Of a DNA stretch of 64,000 nucleotides, positions 41,437 through 54,591 are shown piece after piece (the stretch's first letter is position 1; every line of letters begins with the position of its first letter). The position numbers and the translations under genes are program-made. Below the pieces are notes generated by a model that did no database searches, had not been told where the DNA came from, and saw only the letters and a list, made by a program, of their open reading frames with translations. Origin of the DNA: Octopus sinensis (lineage: Eukaryota); NCBI RefSeq assembly GCF_006345805.1, contig NC_043001.1:11656001-11720000 (forward strand), in the 5' to 3' direction.

Positions 41437-41807
41437 TATTTTACTTTTTTCAATGCCTCCTAACTTTTTAATTATAAACTTTCATATTCACTCATACTTG
41501 AAATTCATATTTTAGTCATTGCGTGCAGTCAACACTAATCAACTTCCTTGTTAATTTCAATTACTACAACTAAACATAATATCATTCGCTCCTCTCCTCT
41601 ATCACACTTGCGATCGGATATTCAAATAACGTTTAACACCGAGAGTGTAGTTACTGGTTAAGCGATGATTTCATAAAGAAATATTTATGATTACTAGAGA
41701 TAAACAGAAAATTACTCACCCAGCACCTCGTTCTTCTATTTGGGTGCTTCAGCTTAAGTATCTAATTCATCTGAATTTCAATTATTTTGCTTATATATAT
41801 ATATATA

Positions 41808-42142
41808 GGAGCACTCCGTCGGTTAAGACGATGAGGGTTCCAGCTGATACGATCAACGGAACAGACACGTGTACCCTTAACGTAGTTCTCGAGGAGATTC
41901 AGCGTGACACAGATTGTGACAAGGCTGGCCCTTTGAAATACAGGTAGTAGAGAAACAGGAAGAAAGAGCGAGAGAAAGTTGTGGTGAAAGAGACAGCAGG
42001 GATCACCACCATCCCCTGCCGGAGCCTCGTGGAGCTTTAGGTGTTTTCGCTCAATAAACACTCACAATGCCCGGTATGGGAATCGAAACCGCGATCCTTT
42101 GACCGCGAATCCGCTGCCCTAACCACTGGGCCATTGGCCTCA
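41808..42142 (-). mobile_element. tRNA-derived SINE family D
   Basis: tggcccagtggttagggcagcggattcgc...ggtttcgattccc head; head-only paralog at ~35010-35065. Confidence 0.85.
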
Positions 42143-42153
42143 CTATATATATA

Positions 42154-42216
<63 letters not shown>

Positions 42217-42260
42217 ATATATAATATTATATATATATATATATAGATATATATATATAG

Positions 42261-42291
<31 letters not shown>

Positions 42292-42294
<3 letters not shown>

Positions 42295-42490
42295 AGGTCC
42301 CGGGTTGAGTCGGGGTTACCACAGTAAAAATAGGTACTCAATACATAGCAGAGTAAATTAATTTATTTTATAGAAGGAGCTTCTACAGACTAGAACTGTT
42401 TCATTCAAAAGAATCATCAGGAAGCTTCCTGATGATTTCTTTTGAATGAAACAGTTCTAGTCCTGTAGAAGCTCTTTCTATAAAATAAAA
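42292..42490. mobile_element. PLE-type palindrome carrying two back-to-back hammerhead folds
   Basis: Arms 42362-42424 and 42425-42489 centred on AAGCTT; inside (TA)n. Confidence 0.75.
42423..42473 (+). ncRNA. Type I hammerhead ribozyme fold
   Basis: agcuuc-CUGAUGA-uuuc(uuuu)gaau-GAAA-cag(n8)cug-UA-gaagcu; mirror copy at 42378-42426 (-). Weak stem II. Confidence 0.65.
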
Positions 42491-42497
42491 ATATAAG

Positions 42498-42545
<48 letters not shown>

Positions 42546-42788
42546 ATATATATATATATATCATATATATAATATATATGTATATATATGAACATTCGAA
42601 CAATCACGTCTACTTTAGGGTTCTTTATAGAAGTTAAAATAAGCTATATATATGTATATAATATATATACATATAATTAAATAAGATAGAAATTGATATT
42701 ATCAATTATAAACAGTGCCTTACCATATTTTTTAAAAATTCGAAGATTAAAAATTGTTTTACATACAAAATTTAGATGACTGACCACT

Positions 42789-42927
42789 AAAAGTGGACAG
42801 CCTATATGTTAGACATAGACGTCAAATCGTCATTACCACGAAGAATGTGTTCTCAAGAAAAATCTCAGCAAAGACCAAAGTAAATGGCGATTTGACGTCT
42901 ATTTTAGCATATAGGCTGTCCACTTTT
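42789..42927. mobile_element. ~140-bp hairpin MITE-like element
   Basis: aaaagtggacagcctatatg...gacgtcaaatcg pairs with cgatttgacgtc...catataggctgtccactttt. Confidence 0.75.
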
Positions 42928-42930
42928 GTA

Positions 42931-42964
<34 letters not shown>

Positions 42965-42974
42965 TTAATCTAAA

Positions 42975-43170
42975 CATGAAAACACAAAGAGAAAACACAA
43001 CAACGCGAGGACGTGGAACAAGTATAGTGTTATTGGACGCTCAGGAAAATAAAGAAAGAAGGAGGAATTAACGTTTCGAGCGGAGCTCTTCGTCAGAAAC
43101 ATAGGAAAAGGAAAGATCCAAAGAAGGGAAGACGGAGGAAAAAAGTCGCCAACGGTACACACGCGGTCAC
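42975..43170 (-). mobile_element. Short PLE-type element with minimal hammerhead (~43066-43100)
   Basis: CUGACGA-a-gagc(ucc)gcuc-GAAA-cguu; weak stem I. Confidence 0.6.
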
Positions 43171-46100
43171 ATTTTCAATAATATATATATATATATATAT
43201 AAAATACGGTATATCTATGTGTATGTGTGTGTGTGCATGTGTGTATGAACATTCACATTCTACTGTGCGTTGTGAAAATTTTAGCAAATTTAATGAGCTC
43301 TGTTGCAGATAGCATGCACTCTGTAGAGTATTTTATTGATACTGTTTACTACAGTTGCATTATATTATATATACATACATGCACACGCATTCCCCTCTCA
43401 GTCTCTGTCTGTCTGTGTCTCTTCTCTCTCTCTCTCTTTCTCTCTCTCTCTATATATATATATCTACACACATAGACACATACATGCACGCACATATATA
43501 TATATGCATACGCATATATGTATATATAGCACCAGGTGGTGCTATTAAGTTAGACATGGCCTGGGCCAATAATGGCCGAAACCTATCAAAGTATCAAAGT
43601 ATATATATAGGTATATGTATGTGTGTTGGTGTGTACGCGCGCTCGCATTTGTGTCTGTATTTCCTTCCTCCCAAACGCTGAGCAACTGGTATTGGTGTAT
43701 TTACGTTGTTGTGACATAGCGTTTCGGCAAAGTTGATCGATAAAAAGCTACTGTGTTCGATTCATTCGACTACAATTGCTGACGTCCGTGCCCCCGCATG
43801 GCCACAGTCTTATGACTGAAACAAGTAAAGGATGAAGACAATATATGTATGTGTGTGTGAATACACATATTGTATATATGAATCATTTCATACCGTTAAT
43901 TGCATTTCCTCTCGTCTGAATTATTAAGACGCCAGACAATTAGCTTCAGAGAAAATGAAATATAATTAGTTTTGTTCTCTCAGATACCTTTGTTTTTTAC
44001 GATGTCTTATGCCTTTATTACAACAGAATTAGTTTCAAAGTAAATACGAGACATTCAGATCATATCAATTATGGCAATGCTGAGGCAATATTCGTTCACA
44101 TTGCAACTTTTCGGGAGATTTCAATGGATAAGTTATGAGCATTTAATTGGAGTTTAATCTGAGACGTTAAATACTGCAAATCCTGTCTTTAGATATGAAT
44201 ACTTCAGCGAAAAAAAATTATGAAACCTTGCTGTTTAGCTGCCGACGACGAAATCTATGAATAACGGCCATGCAACGATAGCCATGTGATTTTGTCTTTT
44301 CATTTTTCATCTAAAGAAATGATTCCCTCTATTGAAAGTGTTATGGGCTGAGAACGTAAAGATTATGGGCTGAGAACATAAAGATTATAGCCAAACTTGT
44401 AAAGCATTTGTCACAGACTTGTAAATAACAAAAGAACAAAAGAAAAGTGACATTGTCCTTTTTTATTTTACCAAATAATTTCCTCTTATTAGACAAAATT
44501 GTTTTCATAAATGATTTCATTAGGAACCCCTCCAGTGGAGCATACCTTATAGTCGTTTGCTTAATAACGATTCCGTTATCGATTCTGCTATTTTTACCAT
44601 CTGGAATTTAATGAATATCAAAGATTACATTATTTATAGTGAAGATATTTAAGGCCAAAATCACTCCTCATCCTCATTAATTCATTACGCCTTGGGCCAT
44701 TAAATAAACTCGTACACAGGAGTTTGCATGTATAAAATAAAATCTTATTCTCTCTCTTAACTTGTCTTGAATAGTCTTGAAACCAGAACTATAAGACAGC
44801 ATCATCTTAAACACATTGACTAAAAGACGGGTTGTAGAAGCTGAAAAGTTATTAATCATACTTGATTCAATAAGGGCTGCTCCGTATCTGATGTCATTCA
44901 TCACTAAATGTCATTGATCACTTTTTTTTTTACCATAATCATAGATAATAAATGAGATACAAATTAATTGCTAATAAATGAAATATAATCAAGTACATGA
45001 AAGAGAGATGATTCTGTGAACAAAGAGAATAGCAAATATCTATTTTTGTACGAAATATTGCTAGATTTTGCTCTGAAGAGAAAGAACGCAATGGCTAGTC
45101 TGTCACCTTGACCATACACACAGTAAACACATTACGAAAGAGAAAGAGAAAGAGAGAGATAGAGAGAGAAAGGGGAATGAGAGATGTGTGAGACATAGTA
45201 GTAATTAAAATGAAGGTCGGGCTCAAAAATTAATTGTCTTGTATATATCTGCATGCAATAGAAATTTGAAAACCAAAATACCTTTCTGCGGGATGTGTAT
45301 TCGAAACGTACGTAAGCAGAACAAGCAATGCTGCATGCGTATGTATATATATATATATATATGTGGGTGTGTGTGTGTGTATAATATATATATGTATGCA
45401 TGTATGTATGCGTATGTAAATACTCATATACACATATACACATATATGCATACATAAATACATACATAGATATGCGGCTCTGTGAGTGAGTGTGTGTGTG
45501 TGTGTTGTGTGTGTGTGTGTGTGTGTGTGTGTAGAATGATGGATTCGGCGGTTTCTCTTATTTTCGAGTTGATTTCTTAATTTCACCGGAGTATAAAAGC
45601 CTATAATGGTGATACTTAAAAAGAAAAATATAAAAAAGTCGAACTTACAAAATTCCCGATAAGCAAGCGTTCATATTATTTACATCCTACAGCAGACTGC
45701 AGTACATTTCATTCACTTGCCATTAGTGAAAGATGTTGAAAACACGTCTGAAATTCTATGCAATATTTTCTATAAGTATTTCATTTTGTTCATTTTCTTT
45801 GCTCGTAATCATGGTTATTCGTAATCATTAATATCATTTGAAGAATTATTTATTTAGATATATGCAAATTTTACTCATATGCAAATTGTATGTTGAACTT
45901 TCCAAATCTACCTTTCATTTTCTTCGTCAATTCATATTTTAGCATTTCACTGTAAAACGATTCTTTTTTTTTTTTTTTTGAACACGCATGGCACTTCTGT
46001 GAAAAACTGGAGAAATATCTTCATTTTATATTTTTCTTAATAATAATCATTAGTGTTAATAATAATATTATCATTTTTCTTAATAATAATAAATATAATT

Positions 46101-46294
46101 TGATGATTTTTTTTCTTAATTATAATTCTTTTCCTAATAATATTCAAGTTTGTATACCATCTCGTATTTTTGGCGACAAAAATTATCTACGCGCAGAGTA
46201 TGCATCACACCACCGATCCTTTTTTCATCATTTAATAAATGGTTCTTCTATACGTTTTCATGCGAGGGTATTTCGAAACATATAGTTCGGTGTT

Positions 46295-46445
46295 TACGAA
46301 AAAAACAAAAGACGAAGACAGGTGGTGTATAAAACAAACAGATGTATTAGTATAACGCTCAGGAATAGAAAAAGTATTTTACGTTTAGAGCCTACGCTCT
46401 TCTACAGAAAGGGACACAGATAAAACAAGGAGAGAAAAAATGTGT
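46295..46445 (-). mobile_element. Third copy of the 26620 PLE-type family
   Basis: High similarity to 26620; hammerhead core decayed (GAAA to UAAA). Confidence 0.7.
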
Positions 46446-46452
46446 GTAGTGG

Positions 46453-46479
<27 letters not shown>

Positions 46480-46490
<11 letters not shown>

Positions 46491-47700
46491 CCACTTTTCC
46501 CCTCGGCATCCTTACTCTTATTACCGATTTATATTTTACAATCGTTTTCTCTATTTCTTTACTTTTGGAACACGTGACCAAATGCCACTTATATCTCTTC
46601 CTTTTCACTTCTGCTTCTTTCGGCTCCCGTCTTGATCTATTCGGGCGTGCAGAAACATCACAACCAATTTTATAAACGCTTCCTCTTTCTCCCTGTTGTA
46701 ATGCTGTTTTTTTTCCCGTGTGCCTTCTTTCACTACTGCTTCTGTTGGTGTTTCACACCTATTTCTCTTTTCTTTCATCACCATCTCTTTTAGCCCTTTT
46801 TGACTGTCTGGGGTAGAATTCACCCATTCCTTTCTCTTCCTCCTGTTTACTTACTGTGAAGGGTTCCTTCACTCTATCTGTCTCTTTTATTCGTACCACC
46901 TCTTCCGTATTGTTTTCTTCACTTTTCTTCTCCTCTTCGGTTTCCTTCTCGGGACATCTTTCTTTCATCTGCCCTTTTTTGCCGCATAAGAAGCATGTTG
47001 GTAGTCTTCCTTCTACTGTTATTCGAAGTCTGGTGTCTTCTGGGAGTTTTATTTCTTCGGTTATACTATGCAGGTCTTCCAAAGATAACTGCATGGTCCC
47101 TTCGAGGACATATCCCCACCAATTGGCCTTTTGAGTCCTCGTTATCTTGAGGAACTCTACCCCATCCTTGATATCGTGCGTTATGGCTGCTACAAGCCAT
47201 TCTTCCTCGATTTCGTAGGGCACTCTTCCAACTCTCACTCTGGCAACGCGTTTGCCACAGTACGTTGGAAGCAGTATCCATTTCGTTGTCCGTAACGGGT
47301 CCGTGGATTGGTTTCTGGCATTTTCTTCGTTGCCAAACCTTACTTCCACTGAGCCATACTTCTTTCCCCGTATATAGAATGAGGTAAATTTTAAAAATAT
47401 TTTCGAGGCATTCCTCTATTCCTTCTGTTGGGGCGAACTCTATCTTGTTCGAGAACGTAGATAACGTTCTGTATACTACCGTCCTCTTCTCTATGCGTTT
47501 CTTCAGTTCTTCTGGGGGAGTCAGCTTTAGACTGCTTTCCTCCATTTTTAAGAAATTTTTTCCTTCCTTCCTCTTTCTTGTGTCCATTTCTGTTTCCTGC
47601 AATTCCAGGGTGTTGGCATTTATTCCTTGTGTCGTGGACGCTGAGTAACTTTGTCCATTCTCCATCTTTCTTCACTCCTCCCATAGACGGGGATTATACA
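46480..47700 (-). mobile_element. LINE ORF1 (gag-like) fragment without ORF2
   Basis: ORFs 47066-47665 and 46759-47349 linked by a frameshift; RVRVGRVP...RITVEGRLPTCFLCGKKGQMKERCP (CCHC-like knuckle, H to Q). Confidence 0.75.
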
Positions 47701-47981
47701 GGTGCAAACGAAAGAGTGACTGAAATTCAATAATTTACACAATCCAACGAATCTTGGTTCACCCGCGCGGGGAAACCTACAACAAACTTACAATATCAGT
47801 GTGTGACAATTTGAACTCACAACGAAGAAATCGCAACCAACGCCCAATAGTGACAATCGCCGGTTGTCGATGTGAAGTGGTTCCCAATGCAAACAGTGAA
47901 GAAAAGTCACTGATCTCGATAAAGTGTAAACAAGCAATAATAAATCCCCTGAGCGAGGTGTATAAACAGTAGCTGCACGAC

Positions 47982-48307
47982 ATCGGGAAGTATATTTGGC
48001 ACTTGAATATGGCTAACACTTAATGGTGGATGCTACTGTAGCTTGTAGCCCCAGGAGGGCATTAGGAACCGCTTCACATCGACAACCGGTGATTGTCACA
48101 TGCAGATGACGGGTCAAAACTCAGAAACTCGGGTCCGTGTGTATCACGTCAGGCTGGAGATGGGAAGGATGGCTTCCCTTTGAAAATTCTGATAGGGCAC
48201 AGGAAGTGTGTCAATAGCCAGCTGGATGAGGTGTCCTCCTGGGGCTACAACCTACAGTAGCATCCACCCTTAAGGGTTAGCCACATTTAAGTGGCAAATA
48301 TACATCA

Positions 48308-48311
<4 letters not shown>
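47982..48311. mobile_element. ~330-bp MITE with ~77-bp imperfect TIRs
   Basis: gtatatttggcacttgaatatggctaacacttaatggtggatgctactgtagcttgtagccccaggagg mirrored at the right end. Confidence 0.85.
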
Positions 48312-48368
<57 letters not shown>

Positions 48369-48849
48369 ATTATATATATATATATATATAACTTGTAGGT
48401 ACAATAGTGCTTTATTGGCGCAGAACGTTTTGAATTTTCCCCGTATCGAAGTACGATAAGCTGATAATCGTTTATTTTGAAGTTGACAGTTAGGAACTAG
48501 TGTTCCTGTATATGCGAATAAAGATTCAAAATTAGAGAATAGGGAAGCTAAAATCGAGGCTATATTTATTTCATGGCTGGTGGAACCTCGGAAGTAGTAA
48601 ATTCTCCAAAAGATCGTTAGTCAACACGGGATCTCATTACGACGATGTAAACTTCATAAAATCAAACAACTGTTGGCCTGAAGAGTAGCTTGCATTCCAC
48701 ACCTTGTTTGAATAATTACTACTTCATAGATTCCGCCAGGTCTCAGAAGATTTTAAGTCATATGGGGGTTGAGTGAAAATGCCGTTAGTTAGTATATCTG
48801 TGCGTGTTTGTGTGAGAGAGAGAGTGTGTGTTTATGTCTATATGCGTAT

Positions 48850-48967
48850 ATATATCCATGTCTGTCTGTCTGTCCGTCCGTCTGTCTATCCGTTTGTCAT
48901 TCCGTCCGTCTATCTGTCTGTGTGTCTGCTGTCCGTCTATCTGTTTGTCTGTCTGTCCGTCCGTCTT

Positions 48968-49029
<62 letters not shown>

Positions 49030-49101
49030 ATCTATCTATCTATCTATCCATCCATCCATCCATCCATCCATCCATCCATCCATCCATCCATCCATCCATC
49101 C

Positions 49102-49187
<86 letters not shown>

Positions 49188-49208
49188 GTGTCTATCTATC
49201 TATCTATA

Positions 49209-49259
<51 letters not shown>

Positions 49260-49264
49260 CTATC

Positions 49265-49295
<31 letters not shown>

Positions 49296-49350
49296 TGTGT
49301 GTGTGTCTGTGTGTGTGTGTGTGAGAGGGAGAGAGAGAGAGAGAGAGATC
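48850..49350. repeat. Compound (CTGT)/(CTAT)/(CCAT)/(GA)/(GT) microsatellite
   Basis: Direct reading. Confidence 0.97.
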
Positions 49351-50140
49351 AGTATAATGAATTTATAATGTGTTATCATCGATACGAATACATTCAGTCA
49401 CGATATCTGCTCTGTTAGGTCTGCTCTGCCATAAGCCACCTTTAACCGAATTCTGATGCATCATATCTCAGAAGTCATTCCTGTAGGATTTGCAAGAAAC
49501 CTCCTGCTAGGTGATCGGCTGTAAAGTTAGTTCAAAGGTCGAGGGTCGTCGAAAATCAACATTCGTCTTGAGTCCGCTGAGGACACTCAGCAAATTTTAA
49601 ATCTGTAATATATCATCACACGAGACACAGAACTCTTTGAAAACCAAAAAATATCGCAGAAATACGATGCAATAAGCCACGACAAAAATATTGACACTTG
49701 AAACCATGCCGGTATTACAAGTATTATTGCATTGTACATATGAATATAATTATGTACACACATACACACATATGCATATATATTCACAGATAGCTTCTCG
49801 TATGGATACGAATACATTTATGCTCTCATACATACAAAAAACTAACTATGCATATGAGATAATATTTCTTTAATTTAAGAGAAATCTTATACATACCTGG
49901 CCGTTACGTAAGATAACTATTATGAAATACGTCACTCTTCATAAAGTTTCATACTGGAAAGCATCTACCGTTTCTGATATGAATTATATGTAAAATTTTC
50001 GTATTTCGAAGTAATACTAACCAGAGAGGAATATATGCGTATGTGTGTATGCGCGCCTCTGTGTGTGTGTGTGTGTGTGTGTGTGCATGTGTGTGGTGTG
50101 TGTGTGTGTGTGGTGTGTGTGTGTGTGCATGTGTGTGGGT

Positions 50141-50176
<36 letters not shown>

Positions 50177-50761
50177 GTGTAAACTAACACATTTATTGTC
50201 AATGAATTTTGATATAAAATCGAAAAAGTGATTATATAATTGCTTGTTGAGTAATTGTAATTATATCGATCCAAAATTTTTCTGGGTAAAGAAATAAATT
50301 CATATTATATGTGGTATTCTGTAGAATGGCTATGGAAATTCTAGGAAATCTCATATACTGAAATGCATTAGAAACGTTAATATGTATTTTATAGTAAAAT
50401 ATAGAAATGAAATTTCAGAATGAATGAAATTTTAAATTTTATATTGAAAGGTAAGCTTTCGAAATGTTGAATTAATATTTCAATAATAGATTTTTATAAG
50501 TATTATTGGTTTTAATCAATTATATATGTGGGAGACCTCTACGTATAAATGTGTATACATAGAAATTTATATGCTTATATGTAGTTGGGTTCAATCCGAT
50601 TACATGCGAGTGGTCTCAGAATATAAATGCTCATAAGAACCTAGTGAAGTCGAAGTGCTTCTTACAATGTGAACAGGAAGAAGGTTAATAACCTTTATAT
50701 ATTTCAGGCACAAATGACCCATCGTAAGAAGTAAACTGTCAAGCGATGTTAGCCTTTACTA

Positions 50762-51175
50762 TTTCTTTACTGCCCACAAGGGGCTAAACACAGAGAGGAC
50801 AAACAAGGCCAGACAAACGGATTAAGTCGATTACATCGACTCCAGTGCGTAACTGGTACTTATTTAATCGACTCCGAAAGGATGAAAGGCAAAGTCGATC
50901 TCGGCGGAATTTGAACTCAGAACGTAAAGACAGATGAAATACCTATTTCTTTATTGCCCACAAGGGGCTAAACACAGAGAGGACAATAACGGACAGATAA
51001 ACGGATTAAGTCGATTATATCGACCCCAGTGCGTAACTGGTACTTAATTTATCGACTCCGAAAGGATGAAAGACAAAGTCAACCTCGGTGGAATTTGAAC
51101 TCAGAACGTAAAGACAGATGAAATACTGTTAAGCATTTCGCCCGGCGTACTAACGGTTCTGCCAGCTCGCCGCCT
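50762..51175 (-). mobile_element. SINE family B dimer
   Basis: Head plus two units, junction near 50943. Confidence 0.9.
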
Positions 51176-51744
51176 TAAGTGATGTTAGTCTTTATATTAA
51201 GGGAATTAACACGACCGACATTGACTCATGTATGGACGTTTTTTACTGTAATACATAAATGTTCTTTCAAAATTTTCTGTCTGTATTATAAGAAGCTCTC
51301 CGTCTTTTTTGTTTTGTCTATTTCACCTCTTTATCACAATGCTTCAAGTAACCTCCAACGATTTTTTTATAAATGCTTAATATTAAGAAAATATCTCTTA
51401 AATATTTACGGCTACAAGTAAGGGTTCAAATATATGGGCATAGTATAAAAATTAAAATAAAAATAAAATAAAGCTGGATTATGAATGCTGATGTTATTTT
51501 TTCTTTCAGAAAAGTTTAGCCATTATTACACTTGATAATGGATTAATTAAAATACATTACTCGGATATTGTTTCACTTAAAATGTACTTTAGAGGAAATT
51601 TAATGTGATTAGTAATATGAGTAATTCGATTGATAGTTTTCCTAAAAAAAATTTAAAACACTAAAGCCGCTTTCGAATCTGTTCTGTTCCAGCGATGACA
51701 CACGACAGAAGTGGTTCCAGTTTAAAATGTCTTTCGTCTGACAA

Positions 51745-52120
51745 TACTTATTTCTTTACTATCCACAAGGGGCTACACACAGAGGGGATAAACAAAGACA
51801 GACAAACGGATTAAGCCGATTATATCGATCCCAGTGCTTAACTGGTACTTATTTAATCGTCCCCGAAAGGATATAAGGCAAAGCCGACCTCAATGGAATT
51901 TGAACTCAGAACGTAGCGGCAGACGAAATACCTGCTTCTTTACTACTCACAAGGGGCTAAACACAGAGGAAACAAGCAAGGACAGAGAGACGGATTAAGT
52001 CGATCCAGAAAGGATGAAAGGCAAAGTCGACCGCGGCGGAAGTTGAAATCAGAACGTAAAGGCAGAAGAAATAACGCTAAGCATTTCGCCCGGCGTGCTA
52101 ACGTTTCTGCCAGCTCGCCG
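51745..52120 (-). mobile_element. SINE family B dimer with deletion
   Basis: Junction near 51931. Confidence 0.88.
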
Positions 52121-53030
52121 ACAATACTAACAGCTAGAAAAGCGTCTTGTGATATCGGGAGTCTCTGAAATATATGGCTATGAAGTATTTCGTGATCAAT
52201 AATGCTAGCCTTTTAGGGTAAGAGTATATTTCTCTCTATAAAACCCATTAGTCTTCGCGTGATGAATCAGAACATTTAAGGTTAATCACAATAGAAGGGA
52301 GGTTTCTGGCAGCTGGAATGGTCATTGCTATTAGGCATAAAAACAGACCATATCTGCTGGTTTATTTTAGATACGTTCTAACCATAAAGTGGACAAAAAT
52401 CCCATCGACCACATTCACATAATTGGAATAGAAACGTATGAAAGTAAAGACCCACTAAATAGATGAAGAAATAGGGGTTCCTGGTGCAGCATTGTCTCAT
52501 ACAATGCAGTCGTCTACAGAATAGCATATCCCCGAAATAGGGTAATTCATTGCATATAATAGGACCTATAATTCTACAAATCCTTATTACTTGTTTCACG
52601 GGTCCGATTTCAGATGATTGGAAAGAAGAGACGAAAGGCAACTTATAGGGCATATGCAATAGGTTAACAAATTTTGAGTGCATGTGGTCAAAACTTCGAT
52701 GTAATGTTTTAAAGAAGTTTTAGACAATTCTTCGAGAGAAAAGACTGAAACAGCAAAGATAAAATATAGAAACTCACATTACTCAGTGCAAAAAAAGCAG
52801 TGGTTGTGCATAATTATATTTATCAACAGGAACAGAGCTCGAATAATTTCCAGTTTAAAAAAATTATAGCTTAACACATTTTAAAAAACAGAACTATTTT
52901 AACGGAATGCTTCGTTAAAAAATCCATTTAAAATCTAATAAAAATATTGCGTAAAGATTATATATGTACAATATATTAAAAAATATTGATTATACACACA
53001 AACACACACACATATATATATATATATATA

Positions 53031-53079
<49 letters not shown>

Positions 53080-53639
53080 TGTTTATATACACACGTACAT
53101 ACCCACACATCCACACATATATATACACATGCACTCAAAAATCTATAGACAAATGTGCATATATATGCATGTCAATACATTGATTTCATTTTCAATGAAT
53201 GTGACGTACGTGTGGGGATAATCAATTTTTCTCACTGTAATGGTTATGTAATGAATACCTGATGTGTTTTACTAATCTTTACAGGCAAAAAGACAGTGAA
53301 GCAAAAGAAAAGCAGATGAAAGTTTTCTTTTAACATTTAAGAAATTCTGTGATTTTCAAAGAAGAAATAACATCGATGTTGAAATGTGTATTGACCACTT
53401 CATTCTGAAAAGAAACTCTTTTCTTTTTAACAGCGAAGAAACAAGTATTTGAAGCGGCATTTATCAGATACAAAGAATTCTAGTTTGATATGATTAAGAC
53501 TTCATTGTCACATATCCGTTATGCATCATGAATAGAATAGCAAAAGCTTCCAGATATTTGAAGTTATGGATGTAATGTCGCAGCGTTATAGATAATAAGT
53601 ATTGTAATAATAATTGATATTATTCTTTTCTATTCTAGA

Positions 53640-54205
53640 CACGAGGACCGAATTTTTTGGTGAGGGGGTCCAGTCGATTAGATCGACTCCAATACGCAAC
53701 TGATACTTAATTTATCGACGCCGAAAGGATTAAAAGCAAAGTCGACATCGGAGGAATTTGAAATCAGAACGTAAAAGCAAACGAAATACCTATTTCTTTA
53801 CTACCCACAAGGGGCTAAACACAGAGGGGACAAATAAGGACAGACAGACTGATTTAGTCGGTTACATCAATCCCAGTGCGTAAGTGGTGCTTAATTTATC
53901 GACCCCGAAAGATTGAAATGCAAAGTCGACTTCGGCGAAATTTGAAATCAGAACGTAGCGGCAGACGAAATACCTATTTCTGTACAACCCACAAGGGGCT
54001 AAACACAGAGACGACAAACAAGGACAGACAAACGGATTAAGTCGATTATATTGACCCCAGTGCGTAACTGGTACTTATTTAATCGACTCCGAAAGGATGA
54101 AAGGCAAAGTCTACCTCGGCGGAATTTGAACTCAGAACGTAGCGGGAGACGAAATACTGCTGAGCATTTCGCCCGGCGCGCTAACGATTCTGCCAGCTCG
54201 CCGCC
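53640..54205 (-). mobile_element. SINE family B, two full units plus one partial
   Basis: Junctions near 53790 and 53974. Confidence 0.9.
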
Positions 54206-54591
54206 TTATTATAACTACATCATAACTACAACTATATTATAGTTACTATAATATAGATATTATAACTATGACTATACATGTTATGCTCACTACTCTTAAT
54301 AAAACTACATCCATTTGAAAACGAGGCTTTGGAATGGAAACGAAGCTTTGGGATGAAAACGAGGCTTAGTAATAGTGTTTAAAAACTATGGCTGTCCGCT
54401 GACGAATGGTGCCGTACGCTCATTGTTTTAGAAGACTAAACCCTACTTACGGCCAATCTTTTCAGCCTCCTGTATTAACGAAATTAAGTACTGGTACACT
54501 ACTAGTGGCATATCATATATTTTTTACTGATGTTCTTGTTATAGTCAACCCTGCCGATATTACAAAAAAATATTCAGCAATCCACAAATTT

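Noticed and set aside
52378-52683. 101-aa minus-strand ORF (and similar ORFs at 25939, 44677, 20911)
   Set aside because: No recognisable motifs; ORFs of this length are expected by chance in 64 kb.
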